From Coprobacillus sp. CAG:698 (GTDB lineage Bacteria; Bacteroidota; Bacteroidia; Bacteroidales; Bacteroidaceae), in NCBI GenBank assembly GCA_963599995.1, contig CAVCAX010000060.1:37372-101371 (forward strand): DNA of 64,000 nucleotides, in the 5' to 3' direction. The stretch's first letter is position 1, and each line of letters begins with the position of its first letter. Both the position numbers and the translations under genes were made by a program. A model generated the notes under the pieces. That model worked only from the letters and a program-made list of their open reading frames with translations, was not told the DNA's origin and searched no databases. Below are positions 26,694 through 37,430 of this stretch, piece by piece.

Positions 26694-29600
26694 AATTCCG
26701 GAGTGTATCCGGTATTGTGTTTCCATGTTTTCAGGTTTTGCACGTTGAAGTACATTTTCAAGGCCTGCAAACGGACTTTGGAGATGAGTGCCTGATCGAA
26801 AGAGTATGCTAATTGCAGGTTGCGGATGCGGAAGAACCGTCCGCTCTCTACATAATATTCCGAATTTTCCCGGTTGATGGCATGTTTGGTATTCAATAGC
26901 GGTTGGCTGTTCGAGGTCCCTTCACCATGCCAACGGTCCAACCGTTGCTCCATGTAGTTGAACTGGGCGAAGTTGTAATTATCCCAGGTACGGTAAATCT
27001 GATTACCTCCTTGTCCCATCATTTCGATACTGAGATCCCAGTTCTTATAGGATACGCCCAGTGAAAGTCCGTAAGTGACGTCGGGAGTCGGATCACCGAT
27101 CATCGTACGGTCCTCCGGAGTGATCTTGCCGTCACCGTTCACATCTGCAAATTTCAGGTCTCCCGGAGTAACGGCAGCCAATGTATTCTCGGGAGAAGCG
27201 TCGATATCCGCTTCCGATTGGTATACTCCGTCCACTTTGTAACCGTAGAAGTAGCCGATGGGGTATCCGGCCATTGTGTAACTTTGATTCTTGTCGCCGG
27301 CTATGATGGAGTATCCTTCCTGTACGAGGCTTTTTACCTTGTTGCTGATAGTGGTCAGGTTGGCACTGACGGAGTATCCCCAGTCACCGATCCGGTCGCG
27401 CCAGGTGGCGGCAAGTTCTACCCCGCTGTTTCTGATTTCTCCCAGATTACCGATGCCCGGAATGGTGCCGGCGATGCCCGGAACTTCCGCAAGCAAGTCC
27501 TTGGTATTCTTCTTGTAGAAAACCCCTTCAAAGTGTAACCGGTTGCGCAGCAGGTTGGTCTCGAACCCCACTTCCCAGGCTTCTACCTTTTCCCAGCGTA
27601 AATCCGGATTCGGGAGGTAGGCCAGTTGGTATCCCGGGTAGATAATGGACGGTTTACCGAAAACGGCGGAAAAGGCATTCTTCAAGAGCGGTTCTGCCGG
27701 ATAGGCGGAACTTAAATTCTGATTGCCTAAAGTACCCCATGAACCCTTCAATTTCAGCATGTCCAGCCATTTGATATCTTTCATGAACGTTTCTTCACTG
27801 ATCAGCCAGCCTGCTCCCACGGAATAGAAGTTCTGCCACTGGTTGCCGGTGTACGAGAAGGCGGACGAACCGTCCCGGCGGTAAGAACCGTTGAACAGAT
27901 ATTTCCCTTTGTAGTTGTAGAGCACGCGGGCGAGCATGGATACGGTGGTCCGTTCCCATTGCGTGCTTCCGTTGGTGGCGGTAGCCGCATCGCCGATGCT
28001 GACGAACCATTTATCGGGATCATCGGGGATCACCAGACCGACGCCTTGTTTCCGGGCTCCGTCGAGTCGGCTTAGTGAGTTGTAATAAGTCGTGAAACCG
28101 GCCGTAGCGGTAAGGTTATGTGCACCGTCGGCAAAACTGTTGGTGTATGTCAGTACATAATCGCTCTGTACCTTCGTCTCATTCTGCTTGAACTGGCTGA
28201 CTTCCGTCTTGCCGGTTCCCAATGTCGAAACATCTCCTTTTACCGTCGGGTCGTATACCTTTATGACAGGCACATAGGTCCGTCCGTTGTCCGAAGCATA
28301 ATCCATCGAGAAGGTGGCACGTGCCGTAAAGTGTTTCAGGAAATTCAGCTCTCCGTATACACTGCCCGAAGCCCGGTAGTTTTCGGCTTTGGTGGTATTG
28401 GCTTTTAACGCCACATCCACCATCGGGTTGTTCATCTGCGCTTTCTGGAATTCGGGCAAGGCGGCGTAAAGACCGTATTCTGCATTGTACACCGGTGCTA
28501 TCGGAGCGGTGCGGATGGCTCCCAACACCTGCTTGGCATCAGCAGGCAACAGGCGCGCCCCGTTGAACTGGAAACCCACCTTGAAGTGGTCCGTCACCTT
28601 GTATTCATTGCTCGCATTGATCGTTACTTTGCTGAACTTCTCATGCTTGATGTTGCCCTGCTCGTGCGAATAGCCTACGCCCAAGTAGAAATTGTGCCTC
28701 TCTGAGGCGCCTGTGATACTGATGTTGTTGTTGGTGATAAATCCCGTCTGGAATATTTCATCCTGCCAGTCGGTATCGGCATTCCAATTGCTGAAATCGA
28801 AAGGCGGGTTTCCCTCGTTGGCGAGCTGTTCGGCATACAGCTCTTTGAATTGTCCGGCATTGGTCATGGCAATCTTGCCCGTCACTGATTTCCAGCCGAA
28901 AGAGGTGTTGATATTTACCCTTGTCTGTCCCTCTTTGGCCTTTTTGGTCGTGATGATGATGACACCGTTTGCACCACGTACTCCGAAGATGGCCAGTGAT
29001 GACGGGTCTTTCAGGACTTCCATCGATTCGATGTCTTCCGGATTGAGGAAGTTGATGTTGTCGTTGAAGAGTCCGTCTACAATATACAAAGGTGTGTAGC
29101 CGTTGATGGAGTTTGTACCCCGGATACGGATCTCCGGATCGTCTCCGGCGCGCCCGGTATTGATGATTTGCACACCGGCTATCTTTCCCTGCAAGGACGA
29201 TAGCGGGTTGGTGGCAGGTTTGTTGGCAATCTCTTCCCCTTTTATGTTGGTGATAGAACCGGTCAGGTCGCGCTTTTTGGCGCTGCCATATCCGATGACG
29301 ACGGTTTCGGCCAGCATTTGCGAGTCGTCTTTCAGCACGACGTTGATTACGGTTTGCAGTCCTACACGGATGTCTTGTTTCTGCATGCCGACGTATGAGA
29401 ATTCAAGTACGTTTTCCGGCATCACGGAGATGGAATAGTTGCCGTCGAGGTCTGTGACGGTTCCGCTTGCGGTACCCTGTATCAGTACCGAAACTCCGAC
29501 CAGGGGCTCGTTCTGCACGTCGGTCACCGTACCCGTCACCGTTTTCGGCTGGGCAAAAAGGGAGGAAGCGGTTAGTAACAGACATGCCAAGGCAAGGACA

Positions 29601-29716
29601 CTCCTTAGCCGGAAATTTTTCTTCTCTTTTTTAGGGAGAAGAGATTGTAAAGGTTTAGGTCTCATTGCATCAAATTTTACTATTATATGAACTACTTTAT
29701 TAGAATGTCTTTTCAT
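26606..29716 (-). CDS. SusC/RagA family TonB-dependent transporter (start may be the later ATG at 29665)
   Basis: VIGYGSAKKRDLTGS, NPEDIESMEVLKDPSSLAIFGVRGANGVIIITTK, RRDGSS, NPDLRWEK, C-terminal GINLTF. Confidence 0.97.
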   Translation of the reverse strand: MKRHSNKVVHIIVKFDAMRPKPLQSLLPKKEKKNFRLRSVLALACLLLTASSLFAQPKTVTGTVTDVQNEPLVGVSVLIQGTASGTVTDLDGNYSISVMPENVLEFSYVGMQKQDIRVGLQTVINVVLKDDSQMLAETVVIGYGSAKKRDLTGSITNIKGEEIANKPATNPLSSLQGKIAGVQIINTGRAGDDPEIRIRGTNSINGYTPLYIVDGLFNDNINFLNPEDIESMEVLKDPSSLAIFGVRGANGVIIITTKKAKEGQTRVNINTSFGWKSVTGKIAMTNAGQFKELYAEQLANEGNPPFDFSNWNADTDWQDEIFQTGFITNNNISITGASERHNFYLGVGYSHEQGNIKHEKFSKVTINASNEYKVTDHFKVGFQFNGARLLPADAKQVLGAIRTAPIAPVYNAEYGLYAALPEFQKAQMNNPMVDVALKANTTKAENYRASGSVYGELNFLKHFTARATFSMDYASDNGRTYVPVIKVYDPTVKGDVSTLGTGKTEVSQFKQNETKVQSDYVLTYTNSFADGAHNLTATAGFTTYYNSLSRLDGARKQGVGLVIPDDPDKWFVSIGDAATATNGSTQWERTTVSMLARVLYNYKGKYLFNGSYRRDGSSAFSYTGNQWQNFYSVGAGWLISEETFMKDIKWLDMLKLKGSWGTLGNQNLSSAYPAEPLLKNAFSAVFGKPSIIYPGYQLAYLPNPDLRWEKVEAWEVGFETNLLRNRLHFEGVFYKKNTKDLLAEVPGIAGTIPGIGNLGEIRNSGVELAATWRDRIGDWGYSVSANLTTISNKVKSLVQEGYSIIAGDKNQSYTMAGYPIGYFYGYKVDGVYQSEADIDASPENTLAAVTPGDLKFADVNGDGKITPEDRTMIGDPTPDVTYGLSLGVSYKNWDLSIEMMGQGGNQIYRTWDNYNFAQFNYMEQRLDRWHGEGTSNSQPLLNTKHAINRENSEYYVESGRFFRIRNLQLAYSFDQALISKVRLQALKMYFNVQNLKTWKHNTGYTPELGGSAIAFGVDNGSYPVPAVYTFGINLTF

Positions 29717-29804
29717 TCGTCCACCGTATCGGGTGACGGCAGAAATATTAAAGTGAACAAATAAGTAGTAAAAAAGATTCGGGCAAGAGTGTTAATGCTA
29801 ATTT

Positions 29805-30707
29805 TTAACACAGAGGAGGAAGTACCTCTTTGGCGTGCTTCATGCAGTGGAGTATGTCTGCTTCTGTTCCGCAGAACGGTCCTGATTTCTCTATTTTCAG
29901 CGTAGACATTGCAGCGGCAAAACGTCCGGCCTCTTCGATGCTTGCTCCGGCCGCCCGGCGATAAAGATAACCGATGGTATAGGTATCCCCACATCCGGTG
30001 GCGTCTGTGATGGCGGCGGGTTCATACGCCGGAATCTGATGGAATGTCTTGCCGTCGAATATCACGGAACCCATACTGCCAAAGGTCAGCAACACCTCTT
30101 TGACGCCCCATTCATGAAGTTTCCGGGCTGCTTCCGTTACATCGTCATATCCGGTCAGTACTTTCATCTCGTGCTCGTTGACTTTCAGAAAATGTACATA
30201 CTTCAGCGCTTCTCTCTTTTCCGCCCAGTCCACCGGATACACGCGGGTATCGCGTACTTCGCGGAGATAGCCCTGCGAATCGACGGCTACCAGCCCCTTT
30301 CCGGACAGGTATCTGATGACATCCACCGGAAAGTCATCGGCCAGCAGAGAACCCAAGTGATAGATATCCGCTTCAATATCTTTTAATTGTTGTGAGGTGA
30401 ACGGGTCTGCTTTGGCAAGCACCCTTTGTGTGCGGTCGTTCTGGTCTTCTCCGTATATATTTTCGAAATAGACGGAATGCCGGCTGGGAAGGGCTGTCAC
30501 ATCGATGCCGGCATTGCGCATTCTTTCCACTACGCCCAATTCGCTTTCTCCTACGGCGGTAACCAGCGTATAGTCGGTATCATTAAGATGACGCATGGCG
30601 TATGAACAATAATAAGCGGTTCCTCCCGGCATGTAAACGGTAGATTGCGGGGTTACCACTTTATCCAGGGTGATATGCCCGATGCAACAGAGGGTCTGTT
30701 TCTTCAT
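29805..30707 (-). CDS. PfkB family carbohydrate kinase
   Basis: CIGHITLD, PGGTAYY, KVNEHE, DATGCGDTY anion-hole motif. Start placed at MKKQTL (30707) because the ORF-track start lies inside the tRNA terminator. Confidence 0.9.
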   Translation of the reverse strand: MKKQTLCCIGHITLDKVVTPQSTVYMPGGTAYYCSYAMRHLNDTDYTLVTAVGESELGVVERMRNAGIDVTALPSRHSVYFENIYGEDQNDRTQRVLAKADPFTSQQLKDIEADIYHLGSLLADDFPVDVIRYLSGKGLVAVDSQGYLREVRDTRVYPVDWAEKREALKYVHFLKVNEHEMKVLTGYDDVTEAARKLHEWGVKEVLLTFGSMGSVIFDGKTFHQIPAYEPAAITDATGCGDTYTIGYLYRRAAGASIEEAGRFAAAMSTLKIEKSGPFCGTEADILHCMKHAKEVLPPLC

Positions 30708-30730
30708 TATTCTGTTCCTTTTGTTGAATG

Positions 30731-30763
30731 AAAAAGCCCTCAAGATATTTCTTGAAGGCTTTT
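30731..30763 (-). terminator. Rho-independent terminator after tRNA-Leu
   Basis: Minus strand AAAAGCCTTCAAGA-AATA-TCTTGAGGGCTTTTT. Confidence 0.75.
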
Positions 30764-30787
30764 AAAAATAAACTTGTAAGTAATATG

Positions 30788-30869
30788 TGCGGATGATAGG
30801 ACTCGAACCTACACGTCGCAAGACACCAGATCCTAAGTCTGGCGCGGCTACCAATTACGCCACATCCGC
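30788..30869 (-). tRNA. tRNA-Leu (TAG), CCA not encoded
   Basis: GCGGATG/CATCCGC acceptor stem, D-loop TAATTGGTAG, anticodon arm CCAGA-CTTAGGA-TCTGG, long variable arm, GTAGG-TTCGAGT-CCTAT T-arm. -7 box TATCTTTG at 30901-30908. Confidence 0.97.
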
Positions 30870-30951
30870 AAAAAGTATGGCTAAATCTCCTTTAGCGGTG
30901 CAAAGATAGGCATATTTTTTGTTTTCCCAAATGAAAGCGTAAGAAAAATAT

Positions 30952-31956
30952 TTATTTCAGCAATTCCCGTGCCTTCTCTATGATTGTGTCGATGCCTTTC
31001 ACCTCGTCTTCCAATAGCATGTCTATTTTTACATCCGGGCGGATCCCCCCTTCGGTCTGGTTCATGTCCCGGTCGAAGTGCGGGCTGGCAGAAAAGCGGA
31101 CTGTCCAGCCGTTGGGCAGTTCCGATGAAAAAGGCATACCTGAGCCACCTCCTGTCTTGTCGCCCACAATGACTACATTGGGCAGGCACTTCATGTGTCT
31201 CACAAAATCGTTGGTGGCGCTGTACGAATGCCGGTTGGTGAGCACGGCTACCCTCTTTTCCCAGCGGATGTTTTTAGACGGTTCCAGATAGATGGCATAA
31301 GGTCTTGAAAAATCGTGATGTCCGGGTCCGGTCTTGTGCTGGATGTATCCGGTCAGTATCTTTTCATTGGTGAAACGGGAGGCTATCTGGGTCGAGCTCG
31401 TTGCGTTGCCGCCGGAGTTCTGGCGGACATCGAAAATCAGCGCCTTGCAATCGGCCAGGTAAGAGAATACCATATCTAAGTCACTGTTCCCGATCCCGTC
31501 GGTAAATGTCTCGTAATAGATATAGCCGATGTTGTCATCCAGGATCCTGTATTTGAGACTCGCCACCTGACGGTAATTCCGTCCCAAATAGCGGATGTTT
31601 TCGATGAGCGATTCGTTGAAGTTGGCCGGGGAGTCGGTCCAGAAGTCAAAATGGCTTTGATTGTCTTCGGAAGTAAGGTTGACATGCCCGTCCTTGAGTT
31701 CAGACAGCATGTCGTTCATGACATCGAATAATTCCTGGTCGCTCATCTCCGGATAGAGACGGTTGCGGTACTCCGCTCCGATGGCGTTCCAGTCGATGTC
31801 CTTATAATCGAAAAAGCAGTATCTCTCATCGATGATCTTCCATAGCTGGTTGAAGTTGCCCTCCGGATCATTACCGTACTCTTCTTCTCTGATGCAGGCC
31901 GTCAGCCCGCCCAGACACATCAAAAACAGCAGCCATCTGATCATTCCCTCTTTCAT
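30952..31956 (-). CDS. S41 family peptidase lipoprotein
   Basis: Lipobox LTAC, LKDGHVNL, IFDVRQNSGG, LTNRHSYSA, VGDKTGGG, EGGIRPD. Confidence 0.9.
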   Translation of the reverse strand: MKEGMIRWLLFLMCLGGLTACIREEEYGNDPEGNFNQLWKIIDERYCFFDYKDIDWNAIGAEYRNRLYPEMSDQELFDVMNDMLSELKDGHVNLTSEDNQSHFDFWTDSPANFNESLIENIRYLGRNYRQVASLKYRILDDNIGYIYYETFTDGIGNSDLDMVFSYLADCKALIFDVRQNSGGNATSSTQIASRFTNEKILTGYIQHKTGPGHHDFSRPYAIYLEPSKNIRWEKRVAVLTNRHSYSATNDFVRHMKCLPNVVIVGDKTGGGSGMPFSSELPNGWTVRFSASPHFDRDMNQTEGGIRPDVKIDMLLEDEVKGIDTIIEKARELLK

Positions 31957-31997
31957 CTCTCATTCGTCTAATTGTAAATCGTCTAATCGTAAATCCC

Positions 31998-32861
31998 TCA
32001 ATACGCTCTCACAGCCGGAGGCAAGGGAGTTCCGTTTTTATTCCGGATCAGGTACATGTCTTTCACGAATCCCACCATGAATACATGTGAGTAAGTGTGT
32101 GTCTGGATATTGTTGACGTCCGATTGTTGCAGGTCCGCCATGTAGCTGAGCCGCAACTTGGCATACCGTACCGGAAAATCGACCGACAATATCTGGCGCA
32201 CGGAAGGTTGGTTGTGCAGTGAAGTGAATTGTATGACTCCGCCGGAGTTCCCTAACGTGAAGATCTCGTAATAAGATTGTCCGTAATGCGGTGAGAACAT
32301 GACCCCTGCCACCGGCACGTTCACCTGATAGCGGAACGTCAGAGGATACTTCTTTATTTTGGCGTGCCAGATGGCCATTGCAGAAGCGTCCAGATTGATG
32401 AACGCCCTTACTGAAGCCGGGTTGTTTGTATTGCGCAGGTTGTATACGAATCCACCGTTGATGTCTGCCAGCGCACCGGTCAGCAGCTTAAAGTTCTCGG
32501 TGATACGAAACTGGTAATGCAGTCCGTAATTCCAATTCACCAGTCCGTTGAACGTGTTGTTGTTTTCTGCCCGGTTGTGCGTATATCCGATGTTGGCCTG
32601 AAAAAAGTTTTGTACGGATACGTTTCCGTTCAATAGCTTTGTCATGCGCATCGTCTCCCGGGAGATACGGAAATCTACTCCTTGGTACTCCTGCGGTGAC
32701 AGGTAAGTGTCGTAGATGTTGGTATAACCCATCCCGTACGTGGTGGCGCGCATAACGTAGCGATTGGCCTGTTGTAAATCCGCTTGTGCATATATTCCAT
32801 GGCAAAGAGCAAGCAGGCAGCAGCCGGTCAGCCCCATTCTTAACAATATGTTCTTTTTCAT
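31998..32861 (-). CDS. DUF3316-like exported / outer-membrane protein
   Basis: Signal peptide from MKKNILL, DTYLSPQEY, YNLRNTNNPAS, FSPHYGQSYYEIF. Alternative start at 32873. Confidence 0.7.
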   Translation of the reverse strand: MKKNILLRMGLTGCCLLALCHGIYAQADLQQANRYVMRATTYGMGYTNIYDTYLSPQEYQGVDFRISRETMRMTKLLNGNVSVQNFFQANIGYTHNRAENNNTFNGLVNWNYGLHYQFRITENFKLLTGALADINGGFVYNLRNTNNPASVRAFINLDASAMAIWHAKIKKYPLTFRYQVNVPVAGVMFSPHYGQSYYEIFTLGNSGGVIQFTSLHNQPSVRQILSVDFPVRYAKLRLSYMADLQQSDVNNIQTHTYSHVFMVGFVKDMYLIRNKNGTPLPPAVRAY

Positions 32862-32888
32862 TGGCAACCCCAATTGATTTTAGATGAA

Positions 32889-35570
32889 TCAGAACAGTTT
32901 CATCTGTCCCGTCATTTCGTCCAGTATGTCTCCTTCACTTTTACCGTGGTCCGGGTCCAGTATCTCCGGCTCTTCCTCATTCCCCTCTTCCTTGTCCGCT
33001 GCCGGAGGATCCGGGAAACGGGTAGGCTCCAGTTCGTTGATCGTTTCCACGGTATATGTGGTGATACGTTTTCCCTTTGCCTTAAAGCCTTTCACGGCAA
33101 TAAACTCATCGGCGTCGATGATCATCGGATCGCGGAAACTGTCATGCCCTCCAAAGATAACCTCCAGACGCGGATAGTATTCGTCGGTCAGCAGAATCAG
33201 TCGGGTGGCTTTGTTGTCTCCCAGATAATTTTGCTTGCGGGCGGTGGTTTCAAAACAGAAGCGTTTCAGATACGGATAGTTCTGCTGGTCGGCATCATAC
33301 AGGGCGGCTGTCCACACCTTGTTACCGTCGAATTTCTCGACGATACTTACATTCTTCTCATAGTGATTGCTCACATCGAAATTGGTCGTATAGAATTCGC
33401 CGTTGTTCAGAACCACCAGGATGCTGTCGTCGCTTTGGAACTCTCCCAGATATTCGCCTCTGCCGTCGTAGTTAAGGCGCAACACATCCCGGTCGAACCA
33501 TACTTTCCGTCCACCCAAAGTAGACCCTCCCCGTTGCTTCAGGGTTATTTTATGTATTGGCAGACGCGTCAGGATAACGCCCTGCGCCTGACGGTTCTTG
33601 ATACCCACTTCGCTGAAGTCGCGCTCGAAGATGATGCGGCGTACGCGCGGATTGGGTTTTAGAGTTACCTTTATGATTTCGGCCTCTCCGTTAGGGTTGG
33701 CGCTGAAATAGGTAATCCGCGATTCCGGAGTCCCTTGGGTGACATCGTATTCACGGTCGCGTACGATGGAGGTCACGGCAAAGCGTTTGATGTAAGTCGT
33801 CCCCTCCTTCCCATCGCGGTAGGCCACGTTGTAGATGGTGCGCTTGTCGTTCTTCTTGAATACATTGATGTACAGCACGTTCTTACCTACGAATTTCTTG
33901 TCGGCAACCGGCGTTATCATGTATTTCCCATCCCGGTAGAAGATAATCACGTCATCCAGGTTCGAGCAGCAGGCCACGAATTCGTCTTTTTTCAGAGCCG
34001 TGCCGATGAATCCCTCTTCCCGGTTGATATACAGTTTCTCGTTGGCTTCTATCACTTTGGTGGCTTCGATGGTGTCGAAGTTGCGCAGCTCTGTCCGTCG
34101 GGGGAAGTCTTTGCCGTATTTGTCTTTCAGCATCTGATACCAGTCTATCGTGTACCCCACGATGTTGTCCAGATGCGCATCTATTTCGGAAATGTCCGAT
34201 TTCATCTTGGCGATAAGCTCTTCCGCCTTGTCGGTGTTGAATTTCAGGATGCGTCCCATCTTGATTTCCATCAGTTTCAAGATGTCCTCTTTGGTTACCT
34301 CCCGGACGAACTGCGGATAGAAAGGTGTCAGCCGCTTGTCGATGTGCTCGCATGCGGCGTCCATATCCTTGGATTGTTCAAATTCCTTGTCTTTGTAGAT
34401 ACGTTCTTCGATGAATATCTTTTCGAGCGAGGCGAAATGCAGGCTTTCCTGTAATTCTCCCTTGTGTATTTCGAGTTCCCGGCGAAGAAGAGAGAGCGTG
34501 TTGTCTACCGATTTTTTCAGTACATCGCTGACTTTGAGGAAGTGCGGTTTGTTGTCGTCGATGACACAGCAGTTGGGCGATATGCTTACCTCACAGTCGG
34601 TGAAGGCATATAGCGCATCTATCGTCTTGTCCGAGGAGGTGCCCGGCGCCAGGTGTACCAGAATTTCTACGTTGGCCGATGTGTTGTCATCTACCTTGCG
34701 GATCTTTATCTTCCCTTTATCCACCGCTTTCAGGATGGAGTCTATCACCGTGGTGGTTGTCTTTCCGTAAGGAATCTCTTTGATAGCTAAGGTCTTGTTG
34801 TCTATCTTGTCGATTCGGGCACGTATCTTTACCGAACCGCCGCGTTCTCCGTCGTTGTATTTGGATACGTCGATGGAGCCGCCTGTCTGGAAGTCTGGAT
34901 AGAGCTGGAAGTCCTCTTTGTGCAGATAGCTGATGGCGGCATCGCACAGCTCGTTGAAGTTATGCGGCAATATTTTGGAAGAGAGTCCGACGGCAATACC
35001 TTCCACACCCTGTGCCAGAAGCAAGGGGAATTTTACCGGCAGTGCGATCGGCTCTTTGTTTCGTCCGTCATAAGACAGTTTCCATTCGGTTGTCTTGGGA
35101 TTGAACACTACCTCGAGTGCGAATTTGGAGAGGCGTGCTTCGATGTAACGGGGAGCTGCCGCACCGTCACCGGTGAGGATGTTACCCCAGTTTCCCTGGC
35201 AGTCGATGAGCAGGTCTTTCTGTCCCAATTGCACCAACGCATCTCCGATGGAGGCATCGCCGTGCGGGTGAAACTGCATGGTGTGTCCTACGATGTTGGC
35301 GACTTTGTTGTAGCGCCCGTCGTCCAATCGCCTCATGGAGTGCAAAATACGGCGTTGTACCGGCTTCAGTCCATCCATGACGTGAGGCACGGCGCGTTCC
35401 AGTATCACATACGAGGCATAGTCCAGAAACCAGTTCTGATACATGCCTGTCAGTTGATGTTTTACGCTTTCGTTATGTGAGTCCGCCGGCTTATAGTCCG
35501 AATGTCCTTCGTTTCCTTCCGGAAGTTCTTTGTCCAAGTCGTCTTTCGATGCTTCAAAATCTTCGCTCAT
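32889..35570 (-). CDS. parC: DNA topoisomerase IV subunit A
   Basis: YASYVILERAVP..DGLKPVQRRIL, FHPHGDASI, AAAPRYIEARL (catalytic Tyr). No GyrA-box seen. Confidence 0.93.
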   Translation of the reverse strand: MSEDFEASKDDLDKELPEGNEGHSDYKPADSHNESVKHQLTGMYQNWFLDYASYVILERAVPHVMDGLKPVQRRILHSMRRLDDGRYNKVANIVGHTMQFHPHGDASIGDALVQLGQKDLLIDCQGNWGNILTGDGAAAPRYIEARLSKFALEVVFNPKTTEWKLSYDGRNKEPIALPVKFPLLLAQGVEGIAVGLSSKILPHNFNELCDAAISYLHKEDFQLYPDFQTGGSIDVSKYNDGERGGSVKIRARIDKIDNKTLAIKEIPYGKTTTTVIDSILKAVDKGKIKIRKVDDNTSANVEILVHLAPGTSSDKTIDALYAFTDCEVSISPNCCVIDDNKPHFLKVSDVLKKSVDNTLSLLRRELEIHKGELQESLHFASLEKIFIEERIYKDKEFEQSKDMDAACEHIDKRLTPFYPQFVREVTKEDILKLMEIKMGRILKFNTDKAEELIAKMKSDISEIDAHLDNIVGYTIDWYQMLKDKYGKDFPRRTELRNFDTIEATKVIEANEKLYINREEGFIGTALKKDEFVACCSNLDDVIIFYRDGKYMITPVADKKFVGKNVLYINVFKKNDKRTIYNVAYRDGKEGTTYIKRFAVTSIVRDREYDVTQGTPESRITYFSANPNGEAEIIKVTLKPNPRVRRIIFERDFSEVGIKNRQAQGVILTRLPIHKITLKQRGGSTLGGRKVWFDRDVLRLNYDGRGEYLGEFQSDDSILVVLNNGEFYTTNFDVSNHYEKNVSIVEKFDGNKVWTAALYDADQQNYPYLKRFCFETTARKQNYLGDNKATRLILLTDEYYPRLEVIFGGHDSFRDPMIIDADEFIAVKGFKAKGKRITTYTVETINELEPTRFPDPPAADKEEGNEEEPEILDPDHGKSEGDILDEMTGQMKLF

Positions 35571-35817
35571 ATTGGTTTGGGAATTGTCTGTTCAAGATTT
35601 ACTGAATTCTCAGTTGCAGGCAAAAATACGAAATTTATCGGGAAAAAATGCAAATCGTTCCAAAAAACAGAAGTAAGCCCCGTAAGCTTGGACAAATGTA
35701 ATATCGTATGCGGCCGCTTTATGGCATTATGGCTGCCGGCATTGCCATGACCCCACTCCGGAAACGGTAAATAAGATAAATTAATATCCCCGACACCCTA
35801 CTTATAAGATAAATGGC

Positions 35818-35825
35818 TATCTTTG
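35818..35825 (+). promoter_or_regulatory. -7 box TATCTTTG for glyS (divergent parC box TATTTTTG at 35621-35628, minus strand)
   Basis: Consensus matches upstream of both divergent genes. Confidence 0.6.
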
Positions 35826-35877
35826 TGGCGCTTTTTAGCTGAATAATGATTTCAAATTAATTAAAGATACAACAAAA

Positions 35878-37419
35878 ATGGCACAAGAAGACGTTTTTAA
35901 GAAACTCGTATCACATTGCAAAGAATATGGTTTTGTATTCCCTTCAAGTGATATTTATGATGGACTGGGAGCTGTATATGACTATGGTCAGATGGGTGTT
36001 GAGCTCAAAAACAATATAAAGAAATACTGGTGGGACAGCATGGTGTTGCTACACGAAAATATTGTCGGTATCGACTCTGCTATTTTTATGCACCCTACTA
36101 TCTGGAAAGCTTCCGGACACGTCGATGCGTTCAACGATCCGTTGATTGACAATAGAGATTCAAAGAAACGTTATCGTGCGGACGTGCTCATCGAAGACCA
36201 GCTTGCCAAATATGATGAGAAGATCAATAAGGAGGTAGCTAAAGCCGCCAAGAGATTCGGTGATGCTTTTGATGAGGCACAATTCCGCAGCACAAACGCC
36301 CGTGTTCTTGAGCATCAGGCCAAGCGCGACGCTCTTCATACCCGCTTTGCGAAAGCGCTGAACGATAATAATCTGGACGAACTTCGCCAGATCATCATCG
36401 ATGAAGAGATTGTCTGCCCGATCTCCGGAACGAAGAACTGGACGGAAGTGCGTCAGTTCAACCTGATGTTCTCCACGGAAATGGGTTCTACCGCAGATGG
36501 CGCCATGAAGATTTACCTGCGTCCGGAGACGGCACAGGGTATTTTTGTGAACTACCTCAATGTTCAGAAGACAGGCCGTATGAAAATTCCTTTCGGTATT
36601 GCACAGATCGGAAAGGCATTCCGTAATGAAATTGTGGCCCGTCAGTTCATTTTCCGTATGCGTGAGTTCGAACAGATGGAGATGCAGTTCTTTGTAAAAC
36701 CGGGTACCGAACTGGAATGGTTCAAGAAATGGAAAGAGATCCGTTTGAAATGGCACAAGGCTCTTGGCTTTGGCGATGATCACTACCGTTATCACGATCA
36801 CGATAAATTGGCGCACTATGCCAATGCCGCTACCGACATTGAATTCCTGATGCCGTTTGGCTTTAAAGAAGTGGAGGGTATCCACTCCCGCACCAACTTC
36901 GACCTTAGTCAGCATGAGAAATTCTCCGGCAAGAGCATCAAGTATTTCGATCCGGAATTGAATGAATCGTATACTCCGTATGTAATCGAGACATCTATCG
37001 GTGTGGACCGTATGTTCCTCAGCGTCATGAGTGCCGCATATTGCGAAGAGCAACTTGAAAGCGGTGAAAGCCGTGTCGTATTGAAACTGCCTGCCGCTCT
37101 TGCACCGGTGAAATTGGCTGTTATGCCGTTGGTGAAGAAAGACGGACTGCCTGAAAAGGCCCGTGAGATCATTGACGATCTCAAGTTCCACTTCCACTGC
37201 CAGTATGATGAAAAAGACAGTATCGGTAAACGCTATCGCCGTCAGGATGCCATCGGTACTCCGTTCTGCGTAACTGTCGATCATCAGACATTGGAAGACA
37301 ATTGTGTAACTTTGCGTAATCGCGATACGATGCAGCAGGAGCGTGTGGCTATCTCTGAACTGAATAACATCATTGCCGACAGAGTAAGCATTACTTCGCT
37401 TTTGAAAACAATCCAATAA
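35878..37419 (+). CDS. glyS: Glycine--tRNA ligase (homodimeric alpha2 type)
   Basis: WKASGHVDAF, YLRPETAQGIF, GKAFRNEI, FRMREFEQME, LAHYA, IGKRYRRQDAIGTP. Confidence 0.97.
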   Translation: MAQEDVFKKLVSHCKEYGFVFPSSDIYDGLGAVYDYGQMGVELKNNIKKYWWDSMVLLHENIVGIDSAIFMHPTIWKASGHVDAFNDPLIDNRDSKKRYRADVLIEDQLAKYDEKINKEVAKAAKRFGDAFDEAQFRSTNARVLEHQAKRDALHTRFAKALNDNNLDELRQIIIDEEIVCPISGTKNWTEVRQFNLMFSTEMGSTADGAMKIYLRPETAQGIFVNYLNVQKTGRMKIPFGIAQIGKAFRNEIVARQFIFRMREFEQMEMQFFVKPGTELEWFKKWKEIRLKWHKALGFGDDHYRYHDHDKLAHYANAATDIEFLMPFGFKEVEGIHSRTNFDLSQHEKFSGKSIKYFDPELNESYTPYVIETSIGVDRMFLSVMSAAYCEEQLESGESRVVLKLPAALAPVKLAVMPLVKKDGLPEKAREIIDDLKFHFHCQYDEKDSIGKRYRRQDAIGTPFCVTVDHQTLEDNCVTLRNRDTMQQERVAISELNNIIADRVSITSLLKTIQ

Positions 37420-37430
37420 AACCTTGACGA

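Noticed and set aside
30788..30869. tRNA-Leu as an island integration site
   Set aside because: No duplicated tRNA 3' end and no integrase seen in the window.
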